A stretch of 64,000 nt of DNA from a virus: IMG/VR virus record IMGVR_UViG_3300018080_000107. One strand, given 5' to 3'. Positions 44,747-55,283 of this stretch are shown here, in pieces. A model generated the notes under the pieces. The model was not told the origin of the DNA, searched no databases, and was given only the letters and a program-made list of their open reading frames with translations. Made by a program: the position numbers and the translations under genes. Every line of letters starts with the position of its first letter. Position 1 is the first letter of the stretch.

Positions 44747-45700
44747 ATGTTAAGAGAATATAAAGACAAAGAACGTGTTACCCTGTATGGAGTTGTGGAA
44801 AGTGTAGTCGAGAAGCAGGGCAAGAACAAAAAGCCATTTGTTTCTATTACTATTTCTGCTGATGGGAAAACCGCAAGATGTTTTAAGTGGCAATGTACTA
44901 AGACACAGGCGGCAGTGAAGCAACGTGATATTGTTCAGATTGATGGCACTATTGATGTTTATAAAGAGAATGGCTCTAAGAGTCTTCATGTCGATAAAAT
45001 TATTGCCATTAAGAGTCCTTCCCAAGATTTAATAAAGAAGATCCTTCCAAGTCTATCCAAGACAGATGAAAAGCATTACATTGACGAACTACAAAAGCTT
45101 GTTGAAAGTATTGAAGACGAAGAATATAAGTCTCTCGTTAAGTCAGTTTTGCGTAATGCCTATCATGGATTTGTTAAGAGTCCAGCGGCTAAAAAGAATC
45201 ACGATGCCTTTATAGGTGGACTACTTAAACACACTGTTAATGTAACCACGATTGCCGCACAGGTTGCACAACATTATGGTGGAGCTATTGATAGAAGCCT
45301 GCTGATCGCTGGAGCAATAATTCATGATATTGGCAAAATCAAATTCTATAACATTGATATTGGCGGAATTGATATATCAACAGAAGGTGTTATGCTTGAC
45401 CACGTTTTCTTGAGTTTAGAGATGCTCCGTGATATCGTCGGAGAACATGGACCCGCCATCTCAGAAGAGAAGATGTTAATGTTGAAGCATATTATTGTTT
45501 CCCATCATGGACAAAAGGATTGGGGAGCACTCAATGAGCCTTGTTTCCCAGAAGCAATGATTGTACACCTTGCAGACATGATAGATAGCAATATGGTAAT
45601 GATGCAGCGTGCTCTTGACGACGTGGAGCCAGGCAATGTAACAGAAGATAGGATCTTTCCATTTGGTAGGAAGTTATATCGAAGAACGGAAGAAATATGA
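44747..45700 (+). CDS. YhaM/Cbf1-like OB-fold plus HD-domain 3'-5' exonuclease
   Basis: PAAKKNHDAFIGGLLKHT, IHDIGKI, HIIVSHHG, HLADMIDS. Confidence 0.85.
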   Translation: MLREYKDKERVTLYGVVESVVEKQGKNKKPFVSITISADGKTARCFKWQCTKTQAAVKQRDIVQIDGTIDVYKENGSKSLHVDKIIAIKSPSQDLIKKILPSLSKTDEKHYIDELQKLVESIEDEEYKSLVKSVLRNAYHGFVKSPAAKKNHDAFIGGLLKHTVNVTTIAAQVAQHYGGAIDRSLLIAGAIIHDIGKIKFYNIDIGGIDISTEGVMLDHVFLSLEMLRDIVGEHGPAISEEKMLMLKHIIVSHHGQKDWGALNEPCFPEAMIVHLADMIDSNMVMMQRALDDVEPGNVTEDRIFPFGRKLYRRTEEI

Positions 45701-46581
45701 TTAGTGATCTGCACGCATACCTGTTACCATTTGTGCTAACGGGCAATCTGGACGGCAGCAAGAAGACACACGATCATAGCAAGTACGCTCATGCATATGT
45801 TCATAGATTCAATGAGTGGGAATGGAATTTACTCAATATGGATTATTGGCACGGCCAGAGTATTGATTTTTATGTTGACAACATCGATACGGCTGCTAAA
45901 GAGCGTGCTTTTTTCCGTGGTGTTATAGAGTGTTGCAATTTTAGATTTAATCCAACTACAGTCGGCACTACGTTGCCATATAAGCTTGCTCAGTTTGCAG
46001 GCGATTATTGCAAGAGGGTGTTCGGTGAAAAAATTACATGCCATCGTGGTCGTGGAATAACAAACATTGGATTTTCCTGGGAGTTGTTCGCACACTTGGT
46101 GTTCTGGACAATATATCAGGATAGTGATTTATATCGACCATATAATGAGCGCATATACAAGCGTTTCAATTTGACACGATTTTTACCAGAGCTTAAAAAA
46201 GTCGCTGCAAAAAGCGGATGTCAGAAAATGCAAGTTGGTGCAATGTTGGTTGTTGATGGCGATATAAAGAAAGTTGGATGGAATGGACATCCTAAGAATA
46301 CACGTCGAGATAATGTGTGTCTTAGAATGAATGTTCCGCACGGCACAGATATTTCTGTTGGGTATTGTATTCATGCAGAAGAGAATCTACTTCTTAGAGC
46401 AAGCCCAAACCAGCTACGGAAGGGTATTGTGTTTATTACACATCCGCCATGTTTAATTTGCACCAAGCATCTTATTCAGGCCGGTGTGCCGTTTGTAGTT
46501 TTTGTACGTGGTGATTATCCTCTTTATGGCCCAGAGTTGGCTTGGGATCTTGGAGGGAAAACAAGGTTTTACGGAGTATAG
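45697..46581 (+). CDS. dCMP deaminase with N-terminal extension
   Basis: SGC...VGA...GWNG, IHAEEN, PCLIC. Confidence 0.8.
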   Translation: MISDLHAYLLPFVLTGNLDGSKKTHDHSKYAHAYVHRFNEWEWNLLNMDYWHGQSIDFYVDNIDTAAKERAFFRGVIECCNFRFNPTTVGTTLPYKLAQFAGDYCKRVFGEKITCHRGRGITNIGFSWELFAHLVFWTIYQDSDLYRPYNERIYKRFNLTRFLPELKKVAAKSGCQKMQVGAMLVVDGDIKKVGWNGHPKNTRRDNVCLRMNVPHGTDISVGYCIHAEENLLLRASPNQLRKGIVFITHPPCLICTKHLIQAGVPFVVFVRGDYPLYGPELAWDLGGKTRFYGV

Positions 46582-46582
46582 T

Positions 46583-46963
46583 ATGATATATACGCTAAAG
46601 TGTGATAAGTGTGGAGTTGAGGAACTTGTTAAGGCTCCTATCCAAGAAGGACCGCCTCATGATTTGCCATGCGGTATGTGTGAAGACGGCACAATGTATA
46701 GTCAATTTGGAACTAACTTCATTTTAAAGGGTGGAGGTTGGCCTGGCAAGGCTATTAAACAAGAGCGTGAAGGACAAGAGGCTCGTGCTGCTGAAATGAT
46801 GCAAGAGGGCAAGATACAACGTAACAATCGTAAAGCGATTAGTAAAGAGGTTCTTGCAGAACGCAGAAAAGGCAGAGCAAGTTGGGCAGAGTATCAACAA
46901 AAGAATCCTGAAAAAGTAAAACAATATAGAGAAAATATGACTCATGGCATTAAGCCAAATTAA
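46583..46963 (+). CDS. FmdB-like zinc-ribbon protein
   Basis: MIYTLKCDKC...CGMC...FILKGGGW. Confidence 0.7.
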   Translation: MIYTLKCDKCGVEELVKAPIQEGPPHDLPCGMCEDGTMYSQFGTNFILKGGGWPGKAIKQEREGQEARAAEMMQEGKIQRNNRKAISKEVLAERRKGRASWAEYQQKNPEKVKQYRENMTHGIKPN

Positions 46964-46974
46964 GGAAAGTTAAT

Positions 46975-47838
46975 ATGAATCCATTTGCACATCAAATTAC
47001 AAAACCATATCAATATGGCAACAAAAAAGAAATGCCCGAATCTATCTCGGTTGTTACGGGTAGCTACAACTATTCACACTTTCTTAGGCATCTTATATAT
47101 AGGATGACAAAAGTTCAGGTTGCTCTACCAAAGAAATATGAAATTGTAATTGCTGACACTGGTTCTACTACAGAAGATCAGGAAAAAATGCTTGCTCTTA
47201 TGGAAGAGTACCGAGGTGTAGTCAATATTAAGTATGTCATGCATAATAAGAATGATATTAGAGGATCTATTCCGCATTTTCATGCATGGTCTTTTGGTGT
47301 TAATGCTGCGTTCAATGCCGCAGAGAATGATGTTGTGATCTATTGTGATTCTTCTATCCTTGTTCCAGAGGATTTTGTGCTTTCTCTTGGTAGTCCACAT
47401 GTTAGACATGATAAACTTTTCACAAGGTGCGCAACGTATAACTACAACATGAAGGAAACTGAAGTATCAATCCAAGAAGAGATGTATAAAAGACCTTGGA
47501 ATGAAATTTGGGCCTTGCTTAGCAAGAAGAAAAGTTCTCTCGGTCGATCTGGATGGAGTGTTAAGCGCAAAGAGTTGCTTGATGTTCGTGGAGCAGACGT
47601 GCGATTTACTCATTATGGCTGTCATGATGACGATCTTATTATGCGAATGATGATGAACGGCTGTAGAAACATGAGTTCTGACACAAAGGCAGTACATCAA
47701 AGTCATTCTGATACAGATAGAAACGCACGAGATAAGTATAATGAAAAGATATTAATTCAAAATGTAAGAGGTAAAGTTATTCGACCAAACACTCAAGCAG
47801 ATTTTGAAAGGTATGATTGGATTAAAACCAATTTCTAA
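46975..47838 (+). CDS. GT2-family glycosyltransferase
   Basis: ISVV...YN, IADTGS, N.A, YCDS, YGCHDDDL, HQSH. Confidence 0.8.
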   Translation: MNPFAHQITKPYQYGNKKEMPESISVVTGSYNYSHFLRHLIYRMTKVQVALPKKYEIVIADTGSTTEDQEKMLALMEEYRGVVNIKYVMHNKNDIRGSIPHFHAWSFGVNAAFNAAENDVVIYCDSSILVPEDFVLSLGSPHVRHDKLFTRCATYNYNMKETEVSIQEEMYKRPWNEIWALLSKKKSSLGRSGWSVKRKELLDVRGADVRFTHYGCHDDDLIMRMMMNGCRNMSSDTKAVHQSHSDTDRNARDKYNEKILIQNVRGKVIRPNTQADFERYDWIKTNF

Positions 47839-47839
47839 A

Positions 47840-49150
47840 ATGAGAGCACTATTTATAACCAAACCATTTTTTATTGAGCCATTGGGCATAATGTATCTTG
47901 TTGCTGCTGCAAAAGCTGCTGGTCATCAAGCCGATATTGCAATTGCAGATGACCTGATTGAAACAAAGATTCCAATGTATGATCCAGATGTGTTGTGCTA
48001 CAGTATTATGACCGGGGATCAAAATTATTATGATAAACTCAATAAGCGGTTAAAGAAATTATATGGTTTACCTTCATTGGTTGGTGGACCACATCCAACA
48101 TTTTTCCCAGAAATGATGGACGAAACAAGCTTCGATCATATTTGTATTGGGGAAGGAGAAGCGTTTTTTGCCGATTTTCTCAATGAGGTTACAAAAACAA
48201 ATGAACATAATTTAATAGAAGATTTGGATACTATTCCTTTTGCAGATAGAGATTGTGTTTTTAAGTATGATAAGATTAATCGTGGACCAATCAAACATTT
48301 TATTGCTTCCAGAGGTTGTCCATATGATTGCTCTTATTGTTTCAATAGGGCATATTCAGATTTATACAAAGGACGTGGACGTAGAGTTAGATTCCGAACG
48401 GTAGACAATGTATTAAAAGAAGTTAAGGAAGTAATTGAAAGTTCTCCTACAGAATTTGTGTATTTTCAGGACGATACTTTTATATTGCGTCCATCATGGA
48501 TCAAAGAGTTCGCTGACAAATATCCGCGAATCACAAACTTACCATTCCATTGTCATACAAGGGCTAATCTGGTCACTGAGGACATTGTTAAGGACTTGGC
48601 AAGGGCTGGATGCTATAGTGTTCACATTGCTGCTGAGACTGGCAATGAGGCTATTAGGGAAAGGCTCCTTAATAGAACCATGTCAGACGATACGATTGTA
48701 AATGCAGTGGAGTTATTTAGAAAGTATGGGATCAAAACCATGCTTCAGAATATTCTTGGCTTACCTGGAACAACTATAAAAAATGACTTTGAAACATTGG
48801 AACTTAATATTCGTTGTCAACCAGATTATGCATGGGCGAGTATTTTTCAACCATATCCGAAAACGTATCTTGGTAGATATAGTCAAGAAATTGGAGAGTA
48901 TACCGGCGATTTTTCTGATCTTGGAAGTAGCTTCTTTGATGTCTCTCCATTAAATTTTTCTCATAAAAATGAAGTGGCCAATTTGCAGAAGCTTTTTGCA
49001 TTTGCTGTACAGAATCCTGTAATATATGAAAGTGGGCTTTTGCATGTGTTGATTTATTTGCCATACGAACAAATGAAGGATAGATATTGTAATTTATATC
49101 GGGCTTTGAGGAAACAATCAGATAAGACGTTGTATGGAATTGAGTTATAG
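47840..49150 (+). CDS. cobalamin-binding (class B) radical SAM enzyme
   Basis: PLGIMYL, GGPHPT, GEGE, SRGCPYDCSYC, QDDTF. Confidence 0.9.
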   Translation: MRALFITKPFFIEPLGIMYLVAAAKAAGHQADIAIADDLIETKIPMYDPDVLCYSIMTGDQNYYDKLNKRLKKLYGLPSLVGGPHPTFFPEMMDETSFDHICIGEGEAFFADFLNEVTKTNEHNLIEDLDTIPFADRDCVFKYDKINRGPIKHFIASRGCPYDCSYCFNRAYSDLYKGRGRRVRFRTVDNVLKEVKEVIESSPTEFVYFQDDTFILRPSWIKEFADKYPRITNLPFHCHTRANLVTEDIVKDLARAGCYSVHIAAETGNEAIRERLLNRTMSDDTIVNAVELFRKYGIKTMLQNILGLPGTTIKNDFETLELNIRCQPDYAWASIFQPYPKTYLGRYSQEIGEYTGDFSDLGSSFFDVSPLNFSHKNEVANLQKLFAFAVQNPVIYESGLLHVLIYLPYEQMKDRYCNLYRALRKQSDKTLYGIEL

Positions 49151-49155
49151 GAGTT

Positions 49156-50232
49156 ATGATGTTACACCCGTATAATCCTGCCAAAGTTTTCTGCCATCAT
49201 AAAACATGGGAGTCTGTTGCTCGCTGGGTTTCAGACAGATGTTCAAAAGATGACAGTGCTTGGCTTCCGGCACCCATTACAGTTTCGGTAGATCCTGCAA
49301 ACATATGTAATTGCAAATGCCTAAATTGCAATGCCGATTTTATTCTTGAGCAAGATAAACGCTGCATGATGTCTAAGGAATACTTAGAAAAGCTTGCAGA
49401 CTTTTTGTTTGATTGGCAAGTCCGTGGAGTATGTCTTGGTGGAGGTGGTGAATCATTGTGCAACCCCTACACTGGAAAGTTTATCCATGACTTGAAATAT
49501 AATGACATTGGTATCGGTATGGTATCAAATGGAATTTTGCTTGATCGTGTCCCGGAATTGAAAGAACTAAATTGGCTTGGAATTTCAATGGATTCAGGCA
49601 CGCCGGAAGTGTGGGGATTGGTTCATGGAGCATCGCCAAAGTTGTTCGATAGAGTTGTCAAAGGAATGACTGATTTGGTGTCCCAAGATGTAGATGTAAC
49701 ATATAAATACCTTGCTAGACCTGAGAATGTTCAGGACGTATATAAAGGTGTAGAGATGGCCAAACTCATTGGGTGTAGAAACTTCCACATTAGACCAGCA
49801 GCGCCACCTTGGTTCGACAACGAGAAAAAGAATCTATTTAAGCCAGAGCAGGTTGATTCTGTAATCGAACAGCTTGAAGCAGCAAGGAAAGATTTTCCTG
49901 AAGTTAATGTTATTGGAATATTCAATAAACTTGGTGCAAACAATTGGCGCATAGTACATCCTTTTAGAAATTGTTGGGCAATATTTGTAACATGCGTCTT
50001 TCAAGCCAATGGCAAAATTGGGTTCTGTTGTGATAATCGTGGGAACGATCATTTTGAAATTGGTCCGTTTGATGACCCACGAAAGTTACTTGATTTTTGG
50101 GGTAGCTCTAAACATTTTAAAATGCAATGCGGCAAGTGTTTTGAAAGCTGTCCTCGTTGTACCTTTAAGGTGTTCAATGAATATTTTGAAAAGTGTGTAC
50201 TTGATGATGATTTCATGTTAAGTTTTATTTAA
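49156..50232 (+). CDS. radical SAM protein with SPASM/Twitch domain
   Basis: CNCKCLNC, GGGES, C-terminal CW...CC...CPRC. Confidence 0.85.
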   Translation: MMLHPYNPAKVFCHHKTWESVARWVSDRCSKDDSAWLPAPITVSVDPANICNCKCLNCNADFILEQDKRCMMSKEYLEKLADFLFDWQVRGVCLGGGGESLCNPYTGKFIHDLKYNDIGIGMVSNGILLDRVPELKELNWLGISMDSGTPEVWGLVHGASPKLFDRVVKGMTDLVSQDVDVTYKYLARPENVQDVYKGVEMAKLIGCRNFHIRPAAPPWFDNEKKNLFKPEQVDSVIEQLEAARKDFPEVNVIGIFNKLGANNWRIVHPFRNCWAIFVTCVFQANGKIGFCCDNRGNDHFEIGPFDDPRKLLDFWGSSKHFKMQCGKCFESCPRCTFKVFNEYFEKCVLDDDFMLSFI

Positions 50233-50240
50233 GGAGTGTA

Positions 50241-50816
50241 ATGAGTAAGCAATACAATATTATTTACATTGATCCACCTTGGCAATATCGAGACGCACGC
50301 AAGACAGGCGGTAAGGCATATTTGGGTGCCGAAGCACAATATACAACTATTCCAACCAGTGTTTTGTGCGAATTGAATATTAAGAACATATGCGCTAAAG
50401 ATTGTGTGATGTTTATGTGGGTTACTAGCCCTTTGCTACCAGACGGCTTGAGGCTGTTTGACGCATGGGGATTTAAATATAAAACAGTTGGTTTTTGCTG
50501 GAATAAAAAAACTAAGACTGGTAAAGATCAATTTCTTTTCGGCCATTGGACAGGAAGCAATGTAGAATTGTGTCTTATTGGTGTCCGTGGTAAACCTAAA
50601 CGTGTTGATAAAACAGTTCGACAACTTGTACCGGCACTACGTAGCGAACATAGTAAAAAGCCTGATGAAGTCAGAAATAGAATAGTTCAGCTTATGGGCG
50701 ATTTGCCAAGAGTAGAGTTGTTTGCTACAAAGTTGGTTGAAGGATGGGACTGTGTTGGATTTAAGGCTAATGGCGTTAATGTATTTGATTTTATAGAGGA
50801 GGCTCAAAATGACTAA
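50241..50816 (+). CDS. MT-A70-family adenine methyltransferase
   Basis: IYIDPPW, FMWVT, WGFKY, EHSKKP, ELFA. Confidence 0.9.
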   Translation: MSKQYNIIYIDPPWQYRDARKTGGKAYLGAEAQYTTIPTSVLCELNIKNICAKDCVMFMWVTSPLLPDGLRLFDAWGFKYKTVGFCWNKKTKTGKDQFLFGHWTGSNVELCLIGVRGKPKRVDKTVRQLVPALRSEHSKKPDEVRNRIVQLMGDLPRVELFATKLVEGWDCVGFKANGVNVFDFIEEAQND

Positions 50817-51213
50817 GAGAATGTACTTGTTTTTATTTTTGGTGGCACTTGCCTTTTTTCCTGGATGTAAGCGTCGGTGTCGTCACTACCATTTTGATTG
50901 CAATTGTGATGATACGGTAGTTGAACAGCCTGTAGACAATGAGCTTTCTTGTCTTATGGACGAGGTTCTTATCGAGGAAAATATTGAGCTTGACCTTACT
51001 CTCGTATTTTCTCTTGGAGGGGGCGCAGGAATCCTCCAGTGCAATCGAAGCAACTTGTTTAATGAGGATATTCATGTGACCGAGGACATGTCTCCATTGG
51101 TTTTTGAGAACGTACAGCCAGGCAACTACACATTTACTATTATTCCTGATAATGGTTTGCCAGTAGAATGTGAAATCAAAGTTGAAAGAAATAAAGAGGT
51201 GGAAGATGAGTAG
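50809..51213 (+). CDS. putative lipoprotein
   Basis: Signal ending FFPGC. Confidence 0.6.
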   Translation: MTKRMYLFLFLVALAFFPGCKRRCRHYHFDCNCDDTVVEQPVDNELSCLMDEVLIEENIELDLTLVFSLGGGAGILQCNRSNLFNEDIHVTEDMSPLVFENVQPGNYTFTIIPDNGLPVECEIKVERNKEVEDE

Positions 51214-52111
51214 TGATATTGTAGTCGGAATTGTCGGCGGCGGATTTGTTGGCAGTGCTCATGCTCGCGCTTTAATCGACGCTGGATTTAAAGTGCTTGT
51301 ACATGATATCAATGAGAACTATCAAGACAATTTTCCGCAGTTCGGAAGTCTACCAGATGTAGCTCCGCTTGAAGCATTGGCATTAACTTGTCATATTATT
51401 CTTGTTTGTGTTCCCACACCACCACTTAATTATGGAGATAACGACACTTGTGGAGAAGCAAACATTAGCATTGTTGACGAAGTTCTATTCCAACTAAATG
51501 AATTTGTTGGCAATCATCGCAAACCAAGTGTTTGTATTAAGTCAACCCTACCGCCAGAAACAACACGCAATTTGCAGGCTCTATCGCCCAATCTACGACT
51601 GTCATTTAGTCCAGAATTTTTAACTGAAGCAGATCCACTTGGAACACTAACTAAGTCAGATAGAATTGTACTCGGTAGTGATTTATGTTTGGATGGAGAC
51701 TTGATATATGTTCTTGAGAGCATCAATGTTAATCCAGACATGAAGCTTGTTCTTTGTTCTTCTACAGAGGCAGAGCTAATTAAACTAATGTCTAATTCTT
51801 TTCTTGCTATGAAGGTTACATTCGCCAATTGGTTCTACGATATTTGTGGAATGACTGGTGCTAACTATGAAATGGTTAGACTTGGAGTGGAGCTTGATCC
51901 ACGTATTGGTCCATCACATCTGAGAGTTCCGGGCAACGATGGTAAGCGCGGATATAGTGGTAGTTGTTTTCCAAAGGACGTTGGTAATATTGTAGCGTTT
52001 TGTCATCTGAATGGCCTTGAGGCAGATGTCATGGATGTTATTCAAAAGGCCAATAGTCAATATCGCACAGATCATGATTGGGTGGCCAATCGATACCGGG
52101 AGGAAGAGTAA
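51206..52111 (+). CDS. UDP-glucose/GDP-mannose dehydrogenase family (short form)
   Basis: GGGFVG, VCVPTP, IKST, SPEFL, AELIK..SN, GYSGSCFPKD. Confidence 0.9.
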   Translation: MSSDIVVGIVGGGFVGSAHARALIDAGFKVLVHDINENYQDNFPQFGSLPDVAPLEALALTCHIILVCVPTPPLNYGDNDTCGEANISIVDEVLFQLNEFVGNHRKPSVCIKSTLPPETTRNLQALSPNLRLSFSPEFLTEADPLGTLTKSDRIVLGSDLCLDGDLIYVLESINVNPDMKLVLCSSTEAELIKLMSNSFLAMKVTFANWFYDICGMTGANYEMVRLGVELDPRIGPSHLRVPGNDGKRGYSGSCFPKDVGNIVAFCHLNGLEADVMDVIQKANSQYRTDHDWVANRYREEE

Positions 52112-52725
52112 TGGGGATTCAACCAGAGACACAGTATATTCTTGATCATTTTCCATATGTCAAAGATGGTCCAGGATTTTTTATTGAGTGTGGTGCCAAC
52201 GATGGCGAATATTATTCTGTATGTAAACCATTAGAAGATGCTTATGGTTGGACTGGAGTTAATATTGAATGCAATCCTTGGTGTTGGGAGGATCTACAGC
52301 GCAATCGTCCTGATTGTATCAATTTGCGCTTAGCTCTTGCAGCAGAGAGTCATCAAACACTTCAATTTCAAATTCCTCGCAATGACGCCAGCGGCAGGGA
52401 TAGAAAAACTGGCATGGCTTCATTTTTGAAGATGCGTGAGTGGGGAAATAGAGAAATTGAAAAGGTTTCGGTAATCACCTTGACATACGCAGACCTACTC
52501 AGATATCACAGGATTGAAAAGGTTGATCTATTTGTACTGGACATTGAGGGAGCAGAAATGACTGTTCTTAATTCTTTGACTCCAGATATGGTGCTGCCAA
52601 AGATATTCTGTGTAGAGTTTGTTCATATTCCAGGCAAGAAAGCAACTGTTGATCAGTGTCTTTTAAAACTTGGGTATAAATTTATTGGCAGAAGAGGACA
52701 TAACATTATGTATGAATTGCAATAG
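52111..52725 (+). CDS. FkbM-family methyltransferase
   Basis: FIECGANDG, GWTGVNIE, LDIEGAE. Confidence 0.85.
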   Translation: MGIQPETQYILDHFPYVKDGPGFFIECGANDGEYYSVCKPLEDAYGWTGVNIECNPWCWEDLQRNRPDCINLRLALAAESHQTLQFQIPRNDASGRDRKTGMASFLKMREWGNREIEKVSVITLTYADLLRYHRIEKVDLFVLDIEGAEMTVLNSLTPDMVLPKIFCVEFVHIPGKKATVDQCLLKLGYKFIGRRGHNIMYELQ

Positions 52726-52734
52726 GGGGAAATA

Positions 52735-53121
52735 ATGGAAATGCCACTTTCTGAGTTAGCAGATCGGCTAACAATTTTAAGATTGAAGATTGAGAGGTTG
52801 CCAGAAGACAACACTATGGCTAACCAATTTGCTATCTTTAATGCAGAAGTACAGAAACAACTCGCAAGATTTCCAGATGATATTCGTGAACAGATCCAAC
52901 ATGAGATCGCTATTCTATATGAAGAAAATGCTAAGACGTGGGATTTGGAGTTTGATATTCGCAGAGGCGAACTTAATGAAGATCATTTAGAGGAAATTGG
53001 GCGAAGGGCTTTATTAATCAGAAAAAGTAATGCACGCAGACTTCGGCGAAAGAATAAAATCGCCAGGCTTAGCTGCGACATGACAATGTGGGATAGGAAA
53101 GTTGACCACGGATCAGAATGA
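52735..53121 (+). CDS. hypothetical protein of glycan clusters (DUF6165-like)
   Basis: SELADRLTILRLK...WDLEFDIR...N..R...KNKI. Confidence 0.65.
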   Translation: MEMPLSELADRLTILRLKIERLPEDNTMANQFAIFNAEVQKQLARFPDDIREQIQHEIAILYEENAKTWDLEFDIRRGELNEDHLEEIGRRALLIRKSNARRLRRKNKIARLSCDMTMWDRKVDHGSE

Positions 53122-53262
53122 GGTTAATATGACAAATGAAGAACGAGTTGAAATGGAAATCACCGCAAGACGCATGTATCAAGCTTTTAAAAATGGAGAT
53201 CAGGAACTTGGTGATAGAATCTGGCAAGAGTGGAAAGAGAAAATAGCACAAGGATTGGGACA

Positions 53263-54399
53263 ATGATTCTACAAGAAACTTCGAGAACAAAAGTAGAACT
53301 ACACGATATTGATGGGCAAAAGACAGTTCAAAAAACATTCAAAAATATAAAGCCTGAACGTTTCCAACAAATAATCAAAGCAATGCTTTCATGTAAGAAG
53401 TCTGGAGGGGTGATCCCCATACTTTCTATTGGAGTTGATTCGCAACCATCTTATTTAATGCCATATTGTGAACAGACACTAACTAAGTATATTAAAGAAC
53501 ATCCAGATCAAAAAGATCGAGTTTTAGAACAACTATCACGAACGTTGTTTGAACTTTGGAATAGTGGCTTTATTCATAATGATGTTCACGGCAACAATGT
53601 GCTGATGGATTATAGTGGCAATCCAATGCTGATAGATTTTGAACATTGCAGCATAAGGCCAAATGATGTTCCGTTTATTCATAGTCCAGATTTAGTTGGT
53701 GGTGGAAAAACACATGCTCATTGGAACAAACCAGGAGAAGTTGATCTTGGTGTATTAATAGGTGGAAACAATATTTCTGTTGCCAAGATTGCCGACTTGG
53801 TAATCAGAAAAGCATACAACGAATGTTCTGGCCCATTCTGGGAGCGTGTTACAAAGAACCAAGTGTATGGTACAATTGATATACCTCATTTCAAAATAGA
53901 TGGAAGACGGAATGCCTCAGATCGATTAGATAAGTTTGGCATTGATCTTGCTGGCAAAACTGTTTTGGATCTTGGTTGTAATACCGGCCATATGTGTTTT
54001 GAAGCAATGAACCGTGGCGCTACACGAGTAACGGGATTAGAGTATATTGCTCCACGTGCGGCAGCCGCCAACCTTGTTTCAACGTTTGTTGGTTGGGGTC
54101 ACAAGGCACAATTTCATCACTGTGATTTTGACGTTGACGATTTGAGCAGTCACCGCTCTGATATTACATTTGCGTTTGCGATAGATCATCAAGCAAAGGA
54201 CGCGCAAAAACTATATCGCAATTTATATGAGTTGACCAATGAAACATTGTTATTTGAGACTTCTCGACAACCAGAGTTTCGTGAATGGTGTAAAGACCAA
54301 CTATTAAAAGTTGGCTTTAGCTCAGTAGATTATATTGGCGAATCAAGTAGTTCTGATAGAAAGAGTCGATCAAGAATGGATTACATCGTGAGGAAATAA
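53263..54399 (+). CDS. kinase-like / SAM methyltransferase fusion
   Basis: IHNDVHGNNV...LIDFE then VLDLGCNTG. Confidence 0.8.
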   Translation: MILQETSRTKVELHDIDGQKTVQKTFKNIKPERFQQIIKAMLSCKKSGGVIPILSIGVDSQPSYLMPYCEQTLTKYIKEHPDQKDRVLEQLSRTLFELWNSGFIHNDVHGNNVLMDYSGNPMLIDFEHCSIRPNDVPFIHSPDLVGGGKTHAHWNKPGEVDLGVLIGGNNISVAKIADLVIRKAYNECSGPFWERVTKNQVYGTIDIPHFKIDGRRNASDRLDKFGIDLAGKTVLDLGCNTGHMCFEAMNRGATRVTGLEYIAPRAAAANLVSTFVGWGHKAQFHHCDFDVDDLSSHRSDITFAFAIDHQAKDAQKLYRNLYELTNETLLFETSRQPEFREWCKDQLLKVGFSSVDYIGESSSSDRKSRSRMDYIVRK

Positions 54400-55223
54400 T
54401 GAGAACAATTGCTTTACTCCAGGTTTACAACGAAGCTACGTTTGTTGAACGTGCCATACTCAACAGGCTTCCATATGTAGATAGAATCATTGTCACAGAA
54501 GGACGACTTACAGTTTTTGGCAATATGTCTATGCGCTCAACTGATGGGACTCGTGAGATTGTAGAGCGTCTTGCAAGAGATCATGAAAAAGTTGTATTGT
54601 TAGACCCACTGCCAGAAAACGCTTTTTCCACATGCAACAATAGGGAAAGGTGCGAAGGTATTAATAAAAACTACATGCTTGATAATTCTGGAATTGAACA
54701 TGGAGATATTGTTCATGTTTTAGATGCTGACGAATTTTATACACCAGACGGCATTATGTGGATCATTGAGCAATTTAGAAAAGATGATTCAAAGCGTCAG
54801 TGTTGGCCAGAAGAATGGCAATTTGCATACAACCTTAAACTATCATTCAAAGCAAGGCACGGCTCAAGATTTTTACGGTTTATCAATGGGGCTCATTTTG
54901 GCCACACAAACCACTTCTTTCATGGCAATTATGATCTGGTCAAAGATAAATCATTCATAGTCCCACGATCTATTAGTGGCGTTTGTCATTTGTCTTGGAA
55001 TAAACATCCGTCCTTGATTCGGGAAAAGGTTGTAAGTTTCAATCGGCCAGATTTTACTGCTTGGTTTAACAATGTATATCTAAGATGGCCTTCGTCTGGA
55101 GGTCATTTCCTCAACAACCAATCTTTACAGGCGCACAAGTTGCCACTGCCAAAAGAGTTAGAAGATTTTACTGATGATTTCTATTCTGAGATCAAAGCAA
55201 ATTGGAGGTCGTATCTTATTTAG
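54399..55223 (+). CDS. GT2-like glycosyltransferase
   Basis: VYNE, STDGT, VLDADE. Confidence 0.75.
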   Translation: MRTIALLQVYNEATFVERAILNRLPYVDRIIVTEGRLTVFGNMSMRSTDGTREIVERLARDHEKVVLLDPLPENAFSTCNNRERCEGINKNYMLDNSGIEHGDIVHVLDADEFYTPDGIMWIIEQFRKDDSKRQCWPEEWQFAYNLKLSFKARHGSRFLRFINGAHFGHTNHFFHGNYDLVKDKSFIVPRSISGVCHLSWNKHPSLIREKVVSFNRPDFTAWFNNVYLRWPSSGGHFLNNQSLQAHKLPLPKELEDFTDDFYSEIKANWRSYLI

Positions 55224-55236
55224 TCATAATTTTAAT

Positions 55237-55263
55237 GTAATAAATCGTCATTTTGATCGTCTA
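55237..55263 (+). promoter_or_regulatory. class II promoter GTAAT-N16-CGTCTA
   Basis: One of 7 copies. Confidence 0.7.
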
Positions 55264-55283
55264 TTATATTGAAGAGGTGGCTT

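Noticed and set aside
44747-49150. OxsA/OxsB-type (HD plus B12 radical SAM) nucleoside analogue pathway
   Set aside because: The HD protein has the OB-fold YhaM exonuclease architecture and is not adjacent to the radical SAM gene, which sits among glycosyltransferases.
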